Below are positions 37,427 to 50,399 of a DNA stretch of 64,000 nt, one piece after another. Within the stretch, counting starts at the first letter, position 1; each line of letters begins with the position of its first letter. The DNA is taken from the NCBI RefSeq assembly GCF_048593235.1, contig NC_133620.1:437253261-437317260 (forward strand), in the 5' to 3' direction. A program made the position numbers and the translations under genes. The notes under the pieces are model-generated. The model did not search any database. It saw only the letters and a program-made list of their open reading frames with translations, and was not told the DNA's origin. This DNA is from Sminthopsis crassicaudata. Its lineage: Eukaryota.

Positions 37427-39009
37427 TTCTCTAAGTATTTTTAAAATCTGTTCCCCTCAAATCCAGAGTCCAGTGGATTATGCCCAGCTTTCTTCCATTT
37501 CATTAAGGGAACTTCAGTAAATTTGCATAATCATCCTTAATATGAAGATAGCTTGCTCCTTGTGTCATATAGCTATTTCTTAGCTTGAACTAAATGTATT
37601 TTCTCTCATTCTCCTGTGTCATATTTTTACTCTGTCTACCACATTAACAAAGATTAGGACAAAGAAAGCCTAGTATGATGGATAGAACATTGGATTTGGA
37701 ATCAGGAAGACCTATATGAGATCTACATTAGACACTAGCTAGATCTGTGATTCTGAACAAGGCACTTAATAATTCTAGACCTCATTTTCTTTATTTGTGA
37801 AACAAAGGAGTTGGAGTTGATAATTTCTAAGCTACCTTTCAGGTCTAAATTAGTTTGTATAGTGTCATATCTAAATGACTTTTGCAGTCCCATTCAACAC
37901 TAGGTTTGTGCTCCTGTAAATCCCTTCTATCTATTTGGGCTCTTTTTCTTGTCCTTAAAACATTTCTTCCATTTCCCCCACAAAGAAACATGTTGTAATC
38001 TTTAATAAATTGTAGAAAAGAGAGTGATTTCTTGAGTTCTTTAATTTTTTTCTTCTACGAAGAACATTAGCCTTCTCTTCGAATATAGAGAGCTATTCCA
38101 TGGTTATCTTAGAAAAACAAACCTCTTCTCAGGTTGCTGAAAAATTATGCTTATTCTCTTCTTATTAGAAGTTAGCTGTGAGTTAGTTAGAAGTAAGGAT
38201 TTCTAATACAGAATTCATCTGGAAAACTCCAACAGGGAAGTATAGCAATTTGACCAGGATTATATCACTTGTCAGCAGTAGGGGCAAAGGCAGAACCTGG
38301 AGAACAATAGATTAAAGGTTGGAAGGAGTTCAGAGGTCATCTAGTCTTCATCACTTAACACCTGGACTACTGAAGTAGCCCTCTGATTGGCCTCCTTGAT
38401 TCAAGTGTCTCCCCATTCAATACATCTGATTCAGCTCCAAGGTGGATGTTTCTATAAATGTCATTCCCCTTTTCAATAAATTCCAGTGACTCTTGATGAT
38501 CCCAGGACCAAATATAAAATAATCTATTAACTTTTAAAGATCAGTCAATGAGAATTTGTTAAGTGCCTAAGTGTAGAGTATGGGCTGGATCCCTGGAGGG
38601 CCTCAGGGTCAGCCAGAGTCAGGATAAATTAAACTCCTTAGTCTTTCAGGGGAGAAGTGAAGGAGGCAGACAAGCAAAATCCAGATTCTGGAGTCCAGAG
38701 TCACCAGCCTCTCTTCTCCTAGTCCTGCAGCCAAGTGACTCTGCCTGTCTTTCCCTGCCCTCCAATCCTTGCCTCTGATTATCTTAACACCAAAAATTCA
38801 GCAAGCACCAACAGTGAGAAGAGCAATTTATCCAAATATATGCTAATAGAGTCATTGTCTCACATCAAGTAGATAATTAGTCTTAAGTGCTTGGTTGTCT
38901 GATTCAAGCATACCTTTTTGAGTTTCAGCCCTCTACACCTAGGGATTATGTGAAGACTTCCCTCAGTGGAATGAAGTATGAGAACAAATTGTTCAGTGGC
39001 CATGAAGGG

Positions 39010-39230
39010 TGGCTGAAGAAGACACTGTGGAGTGTTTATATCTTAGTCAGACATCCAAAATGCCACCTCAGCCCGGACCATCATCAGTCACCTTGACTTT
39101 TGTCCAACTTCTATGACTCTAGAAGAGAGGTTGATAGACTTTGGGCAACTCAGTCTTATTTAAATCCAATTCATACACACGTCATCACTTTTGATGTCAT
39201 TGGTTTTTGTGAACAAAAGACAAATGACTA
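39010..39230 (+). mobile_element. Mar1-type marsupial SINE
   Basis: accatcatcagtcaccttgacttttgtc..ttaaatccaattcat..gatgtcattgg. Confidence 0.65.
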
Positions 39231-39818
39231 CCACAAACCTCATTCCTCTTATTTTACAGATTAGGAAGTCCTGACATGGAGTGATGAGGTGGTTTGTCCC
39301 AGATCACATAGGAAGCATATATGCTATCCCCTGAGATCTGGGATTTGAACTCAAGCTCTCTGACTTCAAGTGCAATTTCCCTCCAGTATGTATATTTTAT
39401 GATGTTTCGATGATATGTGATTTCATCAGTATAGAGTACTCAGAAGTTGGCATTTTCTATTTTTTAACATCACTTTTATTTCTCAATAGATTCCTTCTCT
39501 TCTCTATCCACTCCAACTATTCCTAATCTGACCCAGGGCTCTTTCTACTATACTTCTCTGCTCAGCTAGCTATTATAGATAACGTATCAATGTTGAAAAT
39601 ATGGATCTCCCTTATTTTTAGATTTAATGTGGGCATTAAAGGGAAAAAAATTCAGTGGGAGCAGTATACAATGGGAGCAAATCAGGAGTCAGGATGAAAA
39701 CAAAGAGAAAAGAAATAGTTTTCAATAGTTCATAAGAACATTCCATCTATGCTAATTTTGCTGTTGTTTATTTCCTGGTTATGTATATATGTTTGCTAAA
39801 AAACATAAAATAATAGGA

Positions 39819-40144
39819 TGTTAGGATTACTAAGTGAGAACTCAGGTTTTCTGGACAATTACAAGGTGAAAACTCAGGTTGACTTGATAGAGGGGGCAAG
39901 CTCATTGGCTGGGGTGGTTCTTCCCAGAAGCCCTTGCATTATTCCACGCCCATTCTCTGGGAGGATAAAAGAGACAGCACTGGGCCCAGAGAGCAGATCG
40001 GCCTGGAGAAGGATAAGAGCTGGAGGAGATTCAGAGCCAGGATTCAAGAAGAAAGACTCTGCATTGCATCAGGCTTGACGGGGCTCTCTGCAGGAAGGGA
40101 AGTCACTTCTAAGGACAAGAGTTATCCACTTAGTAATCCTAACA
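39819..40144 (+). mobile_element. Solo LTR of the same family as 4752-5175, with U5 replaced by an inverted U3 tip
   Basis: Aligns to the 3' LTR from TGTTAGG to GGACAAGAGTTA; ends in CACTTAGTAATCCTAACA; flanks ATAGGA / ATAGAT. Confidence 0.92.
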
Positions 40145-40693
40145 ATAGATGATGTTCAGGATCCTAAGATTTGCAAAAAACTTTGCAAACATCATTTCAC
40201 TTAATCTTCACAACAATCCCCTTATGTCTTCAGATGAAGAAATGGAAAACATAAGTGATTGGCCCATGAAAGCTGAAAGCTCAGTGGAAAGTGAGCCTCA
40301 GAGCAGATCTGTGCTTCATCCATTTAAAAGAGATGATAAAGCAACCCTGAAAGCATTTGAAATAGCTTTGGATACTCCATAGAGCCCATTCCTAGAGATC
40401 ACTAGGTGAGTGGAAGATACAGAGTTCTGGACTTGGAGACACCTTACTAGTTGTGTGGCCATAAGCAAGTCTGTCTGCCTCAGTTTCTTCAAAGGAGGAT
40501 AATAACAGCACCTACCTCAATGGGTGTTGTGAAGATCAAATGGAATTTGTAAATCAGCACATTGCTTGACACATAGTAGGTGCTTAATAAATTATTATTC
40601 CCTCTCTTCTTTTCCAACTCACATTTTTTAGAAGCTTTACTTGGTGATAGAAATGCAACCAAATTTAGAAATCTATAAGTAGGAGTCTCTTAC

Positions 40694-40881
40694 TGGTTTC
40701 TCTTCTTCCTTTATAATGACTGGTGGTGGCTCTTCTTCTTTGGGAGGCTCTTTGTGCTTTTCTTTACCCTTAGGGGCTTTATTTTTTACTTTTGGAGGTG
40801 GGGTAGGTGGAGTGGGAATCACAGTTTGAGTATGTGCTGAAGGAATATTCAACATTTCTTCTAATTCCAAGTCCTTTTCCT
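40694..40881 (-). CDS. SPAG17: SPAG17 coding exon, (E)EKDLELEEMLNIPSAHTQTVIPTPPTPPPK..EEEKP
   Basis: ttcacag|AG acceptor, CCA|gtaaga donor, 188 nt, phase 1 to 0. Confidence 0.92.
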
Positions 40882-41180
40882 CTGTGAAAATAGGGAAGGG
40901 GAAGGAAAGGAAATACCTCAATTATTTCTTTGTACACCAAATACTCATCCAATATGAAAGTTGTTAAAATTGATTAGAATAGTAGTTAAAAGAACTACAA
41001 TAGTCATAATTAGTAATCACATTGATGAGATCATAGATCCATATGCCAAATATTTAATCCATTTCCTACCCTTGATGTCTGGCTAGGTTAAACGGAGAGG
41101 GTAGTTTTTAAAGATTAAAAATTAATAATGCTATTCAGAAATTGTGTGAGAGATGGGGGGAGAGAAAGAGAAATGTGGAG

Positions 41181-41698
41181 NNNNNNNNNNNNNNNNNNNN
41201 NNNNNNNNNNNNNNNNNNNNNNNNNNNNNNNNNNNNNNNNNNNNNNNNNNNNNNNNNNNNNNNNNNNNNNNNNNNNNNNNNNNNNNNNNNNNNNNNNNNN
41301 NNNNNNNNNNNNNNNNNNNNNNNNNNNNNNNNNNNNNNNNNNNNNNNNNNNNNNNNNNNNNNNNNNNNNNNNNNNNNNNNNNNNNNNNNNNNNNNNNNNN
41401 NNNNNNNNNNNNNNNNNNNNNNNNNNNNNNNNNNNNNNNNNNNNNNNNNNNNNNNNNNNNNNNNNNNNNNNNNNNNNNNNNNNNNNNNNNNNNNNNNNNN
41501 NNNNNNNNNNNNNNNNNNNNNNNNNNNNNNNNNNNNNNNNNNNNNNNNNNNNNNNNNNNNNNNNNNNNNNNNNNNNNNNNNNNNNNNNNNNNNNNNNNNN
41601 NNNNNNNNNNNNNNNNNNNNNNNNNNNNNNNNNNNNNNNNNNNNNNNNNNNNNNNNNNNNNNNNNNNNNNNNNNNNNNNNNNNNNNNNNNNNNNNNNN
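41181..41698. other. Assembly gap (518 N)
   Basis: N run. Confidence 1.
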
Positions 41699-42119
41699 TA
41701 GAATTTAGTGAAGAATGTTTTAAAGAATTCAGTAAAAGGAGAACAAGGGTCCCATGATCAGATATTAAAAAAATAAACATTTTATTTTCTCCAACTATAC
41801 ATCAAGATAATTTTAAAACCTTTTTTCATTAAAAAAATTGGGTTCTAAATTCTCTCCCTCCCTCCCTTCTCCTCCCCTTCCTGAAAAACTAAGCAATTTG
41901 ATATAGGATATGCATATGAAGTCATGCAAAACATATTTCCATATTAGCATGAGCAGAAATTTTTGAAAGGGAAGTCAACTCAAAAAAGATAGAAGGCCTT
42001 CAAAAATAAAATCCTTGTGACAAAGTCACCATCAATTCTGTTGAAAAGAAAGGGACAACTTTTTGAAGAGAATGAGACAGATAAGGAAAACTTACAAATG
42101 AAATCAGAAGCAGCTAGAA

Positions 42120-42330
42120 AGATACTGTCAGCACTATAGCCAAGATGGTCTATGCTCTTACTAACTGGCATCTGGGCAAGTCACTTAACTGCTGCCTGCC
42201 TCAGTTTCTTCATCTGTAAAATGGGGACAATAATAACACCTACTACCTAGGGTTGTTATGGGGATCAAATGAGATAATACTTGCAAGATGTTTTTAAATC
42301 TCACTACATAAACGTAAGTTATCACTATTA
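42120..42330 (+). mobile_element. MIR-family SINE
   Basis: ctgggcaagtcacttaactgctgcctgcctcagtttcttcatctgtaaaatggggacaataata. Confidence 0.8.
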
Positions 42331-43480
42331 ATTTCAAAAGGCCATATAGAAGGAGTGAATATAAGTTCAAGTATCTAGGAACAAATCCAAGAGAGTGGCA
42401 AATGAACCATCTAGAAAATCATCCAGGAATGGTACAAGCAGAAATAGAACAACTGATAAAATTTCCATTTAATATAGATGTGATCTATGTCAGATCTGGA
42501 TAGTGCAGAGCATAAAATATCTCACTTTGATAGTGAATATCAAAGGAGATTTTGTTGGGCCCTAACTGAGTCCTCTGGCCACATTTTCGTCATTCTTCTG
42601 AAAAAAACCTGCAAAAGCAAAAGCAAAACAAGCAACAAAAAAGCAAAGATCTCAAACATGTTCCTTAAGACTATGTGTGTAACTTATTTCAGATTTTACA
42701 CTAACTGTATTATTTGAAAACTATTTGGCAGAAGTTAATAAATATAGTCATAATGAATCATGGGAATGGTATCCTCAAATAACAGGTATTGAATGTGGCT
42801 TACTATAGCATACATAGAAAAGTATGAAATAATGTCTCCAGGGTGAAAAACACAAGGATTAGCTTCTGATCATAGTAAGCCATTGTTTTTGTGTGAGATG
42901 TATTTAGTGACTTCTAAAATGTATAGGGATGAAACTGATTTTCTAATTGGCCCTCAGTAAAATGACATCCCATTTTTGTGGTTTGGAAGGCAATAGCTTC
43001 AAGTTGGAGAATGTGTTTATTAAAAGCAGGACAGAGAAATCATTCAATATTTCTACACAATGGCTTCTTTAAAACCAACATCCTGAAACACAATGGATAT
43101 TTCCATAATTATTGGCAGAATTTTCAAAAATATTATTCCTTGGAAAACCAAGATGATTTCTCAGCAAATCATGCTTTCCTTGGCCTCAGCCAAAAGTCTG
43201 TTTTACTGGGCTGGTTAACAAAGATCACTGGGATTTTTTTCTCAGTGTATGTCTGCTTTCACAGGAAGTCAGAGTGCTCTGGAAACTCAAATAGGCACCC
43301 TCAAAGCATTTAAAGATAGACCGTTAAATTCTCCTAAAACGTTCTAGCCACACAGAGGTAATTACCAAGGAATGGCAAATCAGCATGGGGTCTGACTTAA
43401 TAATAAAGGAATAGGTGGGGAAGAATGGAAGCAACCTCCTGCATGTACCACATATCTCCTTTTTGTTATGTTCCCCTCAC

Positions 43481-43594
43481 CTGGTACTGTCCCAGTAGGT
43501 CCATGGTAACTTATAGAGAGAGTGATTCCGTTTTCCAATGTGGCAAAGAAAGAACCAAACCTGCTAACCAGTCTCTTCTTGTGGTGAGCCCATT
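43481..43594 (-). CDS. SPAG17: SPAG17 coding exon, (E)WAHHKKRLVSRFGSFFATLENGITLSISYHGPTGTVP(E)
   Basis: ccttgtag|AA acceptor, CCAG|gtgagg donor, 114 nt, phase 1 to 1; matches recalled human [22 protein letters not shown]. Confidence 0.93.
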
Positions 43595-44520
43595 CTACAA
43601 GGAGGCAAAGGCAAGAGAAAATTTACACTTGATTAATGACGACATAAGCCAGACTTGGAACAAGGAGACTTTGTAAGCATTACTATCATGGGGTTCCCCA
43701 ATAGTCCCAAGGATTCAAGAAAGTAGAGGAGATAAGATAAGCTAAATGATATGGTCCTCCTGCAACTCTTGAACATATTAAACAGGCTATATTTTAATTC
43801 AAAAATTAAATTCTCAGGAAGGAAATTCTCTCTTCTCAGTATATAGTTAATCTATGTATGTCCACTTGGTGTCACTACAGAGAGGAGAATAGAGTGGGTA
43901 GCTGAGATTATTTCTTCTCCCCCTGCCCCCGCTTCTCTCTGTGTCTCTGTCTTTCATTGTCTGTCTCTGTTTCTCACTGTCTCTCTCTGTCTCTGTCTCA
44001 CCCTGTGTCTCTGTTTCTCTGCCTCATCTGTGTCATCCCTTTGAGAATAAAAGACAAATCCTCCAGACCATGATTATCTATGTCCCCTGGGGCTGGCTCA
44101 AGATGTGATCTTTCCTTTTGACCATCACTCTCTCCTCCAAATGTATCCCTCTATTTGGGTCAGGAGTGCAGACTAATTGCTTCTAGGGGCCCCATAACAT
44201 GGTCCCCTTCACTCCCTATCTCTGTCTCTAGCTAGAATCAGGGTTGGAAATTTTGTCAGTCTTACTGAGACATCACAGACCATAGGCTCACTTATATCAA
44301 AAGGCAATTTCAGTTTTATGTAGAATCCTTTATTCACTCTTGTAGGGGAATCTATAGAATTATTGCAAAAATTTTAAAAAGCTAAAATAGTCAGAATACT
44401 CCCCTATTGGCATCTAACTTCCAAGGTGGAAAAGGGAAAACTTCTAGCAAGTTAGTCCTATGAACTAAACTCTAAAAGCCTTATTGTATTCTCAGATGAC
44501 AATTTAAGTATACCTGGAAG

Positions 44521-44525
<5 letters not shown>

Positions 44526-44563
<38 letters not shown>
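44526..44563 (+). repeat. (TA)n microsatellite
   Basis: Direct observation. Confidence 0.95.
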
Positions 44564-44567
<4 letters not shown>

Positions 44568-45992
44568 TAAAAACAACCCAATGATGAAAGGATAGAATCA
44601 CTAGAACAATGAGATTCTGTTACTGAGGACATGTTCTATCCTCCAGTCAATACCATTTTCTTGTCCTCTGATTCCCCCCTTCCTCTTCTGGGAAGAGAAA
44701 GATGCCATCCTTGCTTCCCTTATGATGTTTTCAGCTGCAATCTCTCTCCAAACTTATTCAAGCTAAACTCAAGTTGGAAGAATCGCCACTGTTTAATTGC
44801 ATCATATTTGCTTGCCTAGGAAGATGAGCAAAATACTCAGTCTCTTAATTTGTAGCTTGGATCTTAACTACTTCCTCTATTGTCTCCTGCCACCAGGGAA
44901 GGTAGCAGGGTTAGGTACTATATTATTGATGTATAAGAAACAGAAATATATTTTACTATTCATCTACACATTAAATTTAGAATCAGATATGTATCAGATA
45001 CATTCCCAAGTAAAATTGTATTCTCATACAATAGCAAATTTTATGTACTCATTCAAAATATTGATAGATATGATATCAATGTATGTCTCAAAATTTTGTT
45101 AATGGAAATAAAACTTTAAAAAGTTCCTCTTGTAAAACTAGAGAAAAAAAGTATATATATATGGTACATACGAGTAAATCCCGAGTATCTTCTCTCTCCA
45201 TCCAAAACTTTTCCCCACCTCTCTCTGTCTCTCTCTCTGTCTGTATCTCTTTCTGTCTCTCTCTTTCTCTTTCTCTCTCTCTCCCCTCTCTCTTTATTTC
45301 CATAAGATCTAAACATGCATATAGTATATAATATATGCATATATTGTATCTTGATATATTTAGTATATCAGTACATATATATATATAAAGCACATATATT
45401 AAAAGTAAAACATATCAGTTGTCTTTTATGTAACAGAAATCAACTAGAAAAAAATTTCAACTTAAGAAGTTATAAAATTCCCTTTAAGTAGTTTTATTCT
45501 TGGAAATTATACAATTTTCATCTTCTGCTTTCTTTTCATTTCAGTAGGTTTAACAACCTAGAGCTGGAATGAACTGTATGCTTCACTTAGTACAACTTGA
45601 TCATTTTGTAGATAAGGAAACTGGGACTACAGTTCAGAGAGCTTACATAGGGGGAATGAAAAATTCTCTTGTTCCATGTTCATGCTTATACACTATGCAG
45701 AAATAAACCCATGGATGAAAAAACTGGAGATGTCAGTTCAAGAAGGAGAGATGTCAAAGAACTAACTTATGACAAAATAAAGGGAAACAATTTCAATGGG
45801 GATCAAAATCATGGGTTTGTCTGAAGAGATTGATTGATGTATAAGAAACTCACCAAGCAACTCAGATTTAAAAAGAGAACTATAAATAACACAGAAGTAA
45901 AATCAAGTAATACCACTAATAATAGCATTTATATGGTGTCTATGTGCCAGGAACAATGCCAAGTACTTTATATTTTCTTATCTCATTTGATC

Positions 45993-46532
45993 NNNNNNNN
46001 NNNNNNNNNNNNNNNNNNNNNNNNNNNNNNNNNNNNNNNNNNNNNNNNNNNNNNNNNNNNNNNNNNNNNNNNNNNNNNNNNNNNNNNNNNNNNNNNNNNN
46101 NNNNNNNNNNNNNNNNNNNNNNNNNNNNNNNNNNNNNNNNNNNNNNNNNNNNNNNNNNNNNNNNNNNNNNNNNNNNNNNNNNNNNNNNNNNNNNNNNNNN
46201 NNNNNNNNNNNNNNNNNNNNNNNNNNNNNNNNNNNNNNNNNNNNNNNNNNNNNNNNNNNNNNNNNNNNNNNNNNNNNNNNNNNNNNNNNNNNNNNNNNNN
46301 NNNNNNNNNNNNNNNNNNNNNNNNNNNNNNNNNNNNNNNNNNNNNNNNNNNNNNNNNNNNNNNNNNNNNNNNNNNNNNNNNNNNNNNNNNNNNNNNNNNN
46401 NNNNNNNNNNNNNNNNNNNNNNNNNNNNNNNNNNNNNNNNNNNNNNNNNNNNNNNNNNNNNNNNNNNNNNNNNNNNNNNNNNNNNNNNNNNNNNNNNNNN
46501 NNNNNNNNNNNNNNNNNNNNNNNNNNNNNNNN
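45993..46532. other. Assembly gap (540 N)
   Basis: N run. Confidence 1.
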
Positions 46533-46795
46533 ATTTTCCATAAGCCCTCATGAATGACAGTATCAAAGGCTTTGGGCTTGCATACAAATCTCTGTTCTGC
46601 TCCTGGCATTTCTCATGGAGTTGTCAGGCATCAAACACCATATCTACTACTGTTCCTTGGCCCCTTCAGAAGTCACACTGGCTCTCTGATGGATGATTTT
46701 CTTCTAGGTGTAGTATCCACCTATTAAGGAGGACTTTAATTCTAACAAAGTGATGTCATTTTGGTTCTCTGAGAATGAAGGACAGCCAACCAACC

Positions 46796-46837
<42 letters not shown>

Positions 46838-47029
46838 TGTAAATTCTGCATCCTGAATCCATTATCTCTCCATCGGGAAGTGCTTATCAAATTTACAGAT
46901 GGCTTAATTCTGCGAGGTATAGCAAAAGACTTTTTAACCTGCTAAAGTGCTAGTCTGAATTTAATAAGAAAAGCCAATAGAGATAAATGTAAACTCTAAG
47001 GTGTAAGAAAATCAGCTTCACAAGTCAGA

Positions 47030-47650
47030 GATTAGGAAGGGATAACTAGATAGTAGTGTTTTTTTTTCCTAAAATATATATGGGGATTTAAGTGGATTAT
47101 ATGGTCAACATGAATCAGTATTGTGGGGTGGAAACCCAAAACGTTAATACAGTGTTGGGCTATGTTTAAGAGAAGCAGGCTCCTGGGTTTAAGAAGGTAA
47201 TAGTTCCTCTATTTCTCCCTCCCACAGACTCATTTGGAGTAATATATTCAGTTCTGGATGCCATGGTATAAAGAGGACATTTATCAACTAGAGATTATCC
47301 ACAGGAGAGGAACCAATGTAGTGAAAGCTTTAAGTTTTTCATGGAGAAGAGAAGTTTCAAATAGCTGCATTGCTGTGTTCAAATGTTTGAAGAACTATCT
47401 TGTGGAGGAGAGATTAAACTCATTTTGTTGGTCACAGAAGATAAAATCAGAAACAATAAATAGAACCTGTAAAGGGTCCAGTTTAGGTTTGTGTCAGGAT
47501 AACCAATCAGAGATGATTAAGAACTACTTTAATGAGCTACCAGAGGTGCTAGGTTTTACCTCTTGGGTGATTTTCTAACAGAAGCTTGACATCCACTTGA
47601 AAGATTGGTTCTATTAGGGATTATTTTGGAGTTATCATTCAAACAAGATG
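47030..47650 (+). mobile_element. CR1/L3 3' relic
   Basis: caacatgaatcagtattgtg..attcagttctggatgcca..gctgtgttcaaatgtttgaag. Confidence 0.65.
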
Positions 47651-48539
47651 GCCACTGAGTTCTCCCCAACTCTTAAATTCTGTGATTCTGTGACTTTGTG
47701 ACAAAACATACATAAAATTTAATTTTAAAGTGTAATTTAAATCACAGAAACTCAAAGATGGGAAGGACTATATACCTGAAAAAATAGGTCTTCATTATAA
47801 GGGACAGAAGGGAGAGGAGGAAGGAAAAGGGACATATTTCGGAAACTGCATTGTACTTTGAATAATTTGAAGCACTTTTCAATGCAAAGAACCATTTTTT
47901 CAACATAATTGTTCTCCCTGAAGCCCCTGAACTGGAAATACAATAACATACATCATTGTGAGTAGACTGGAAAATGTTCCCAATAATGGCTTATATTCCT
48001 AAAGTACCATAAAAAAGCATAATTAAGGGAAAGTATGTGATTGGAAAAAGAAGTAGGTCATTCATGGGGCCTGAGCAAAGGATAACACAGACAATCTGAT
48101 TGCTTCACTGGTACTCATGCAAAGCATGAAGATCTAAAGATAACCCTTTCATGTAATGGGAAGATCCATTCTGAAGGAGCTATGGAAGACTCTGGAAGAT
48201 AATCATACAGATATGGATGTATTTATGTTCTCCACCAACAGAATGTGTAAGTAGACAAGCTCACAAAGGTATCTACAGTATCTAAAAAATGGCCTTGATA
48301 ATTTTTAGGCAAATACCATATACTAAATCAAGGTGAGACATTCTGATGTTGTTAGCAGGTATAGTCATTTCATTTTCTGTTCTATTGATTTATTTTCTGG
48401 CACCTTAAGTCAAAAATCTTTCCTTCCCAGAAGTCTTCCATGATATCTATCAAAAACCATTCCTTAAAACTATGGTGATGTTGTGGTTTATAACTTTCTA
48501 GCTACACTTCTGCAATATTGTGTATTGTGACATATTTAT

Positions 48540-48790
48540 TAGTGAGCTAGGTAGGTGATAGGGTAGAACACTAGAGCTGGACTAAGGAAGATCCAAATTC
48601 AAATTTATCCTTAAATATCTATCAGTTATGTGACTCCAAGTAAACCATTATAACATCTGTTTTTCTATCTGAAAAATGGGAATAACAATATCACCTACTT
48701 CTCGAGGTTGTGAGGGTCAAATGAGATAATTATATAATTGTAAAGTATTTAGCACTGTATCTGGCACATAGTAAGTGCTATACAAATTAA
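48540..48790 (+). mobile_element. MIR-family SINE
   Basis: tctgaaaaatgggaataacaatatcacctacttctcgaggttgtgagggtcaaatgagataat. Confidence 0.75.
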
Positions 48791-49170
48791 AGTTAATTGT
48801 GTTAGTGACTGAACCCCTTGCAGAATTTGAGTACCATGAGGACTGGAGTTGCACCTTATCTAAACTTTATATGTCTCTCAGTGATTATCACTTTGTTCTG
48901 CACACAGTGAATGTTTCTTTTATTGTTTTTGTTGTTGTTCAATTGTCTTTGGTAGTGTTTGAGCCCATCTCCTTCTCCTTTACAGATGAGTAAACTAAGG
49001 CATACCAGATTAAGCGGCTTGCCCAGGGTTACACAGGTTGTAAATGTCTGAGACTAGATTTGAACTCTGGAATATGACTCTGACTCTAGGCTCAGTGCTT
49101 TATGCTCTGTGGTGCCACCTAGCTACACAACAACGTGTTGCATTGTCTTAAGTTGTATTGTACTTTATTA

Positions 49171-49467
<297 letters not shown>

Positions 49468-50171
49468 TCAATTATGTATATGTATATTTTGTGTGTGTCT
49501 GTGTGTGTGTATGTGCCTGAGTGTGTGTGTATCTATATCTATCTCTCTATCTACTTATATTAACAAATCTAATTAAAATGAGGAGCAAAACAATCACCAG
49601 CCAGATGGTGAAGTAGGCAAGTTTTCCTTTGGCACCGTTCCACTTTTTCTTCCAATATCTCGCTAGTATTCCTGGCTCTAAACCACCCACATGTAAACAT
49701 TCTAGACAGTGCTTTGGGTTCTAAATTAAATGTTCCTTTTTTCTTCATGAAAGTTTCCATTCTTCCAGAAAGATGATCTTGATCTCTAGTAGAAGCAATT
49801 TGCATTACAGTATGAATTAGTTTGACAGCTTAATGCAATATACCTTCTATGGAAACCTTTTTAGACAAACTTGATCCCAAAGCATAAAATCTGTCCCAAG
49901 AGTCCTCACAATTCTATGATTTAAGTCATGTTCCACTTACTATTATTCTACATGATCATATTGGTCACTACATGTCCTGTAGAAACTAAATTTTTGTGTT
50001 CTAAGACAGAAGTAGAATGTGAATAGGGCGATATGTATATCAAAGTCTAATATGACTCAAGACCTCATCTGAGTGACACTGCTCTACAGTGTCATAGCAA
50101 ACAATAATCTCATTGTCATGGGGTTATCCCCAGTGATTTTATACATCTTGATCAAAAGGTGAATGTTTTCA

Positions 50172-50291
<120 letters not shown>

Positions 50292-50399
50292 CTAGAAAAA
50301 GAGAACATTATCCTGCATATGTAGGGATACAATGGACAGGACAGAAAATAAGTGAAAATATGAACCAATTTAAATAATTTTAGATTTGTTACATAGGAT

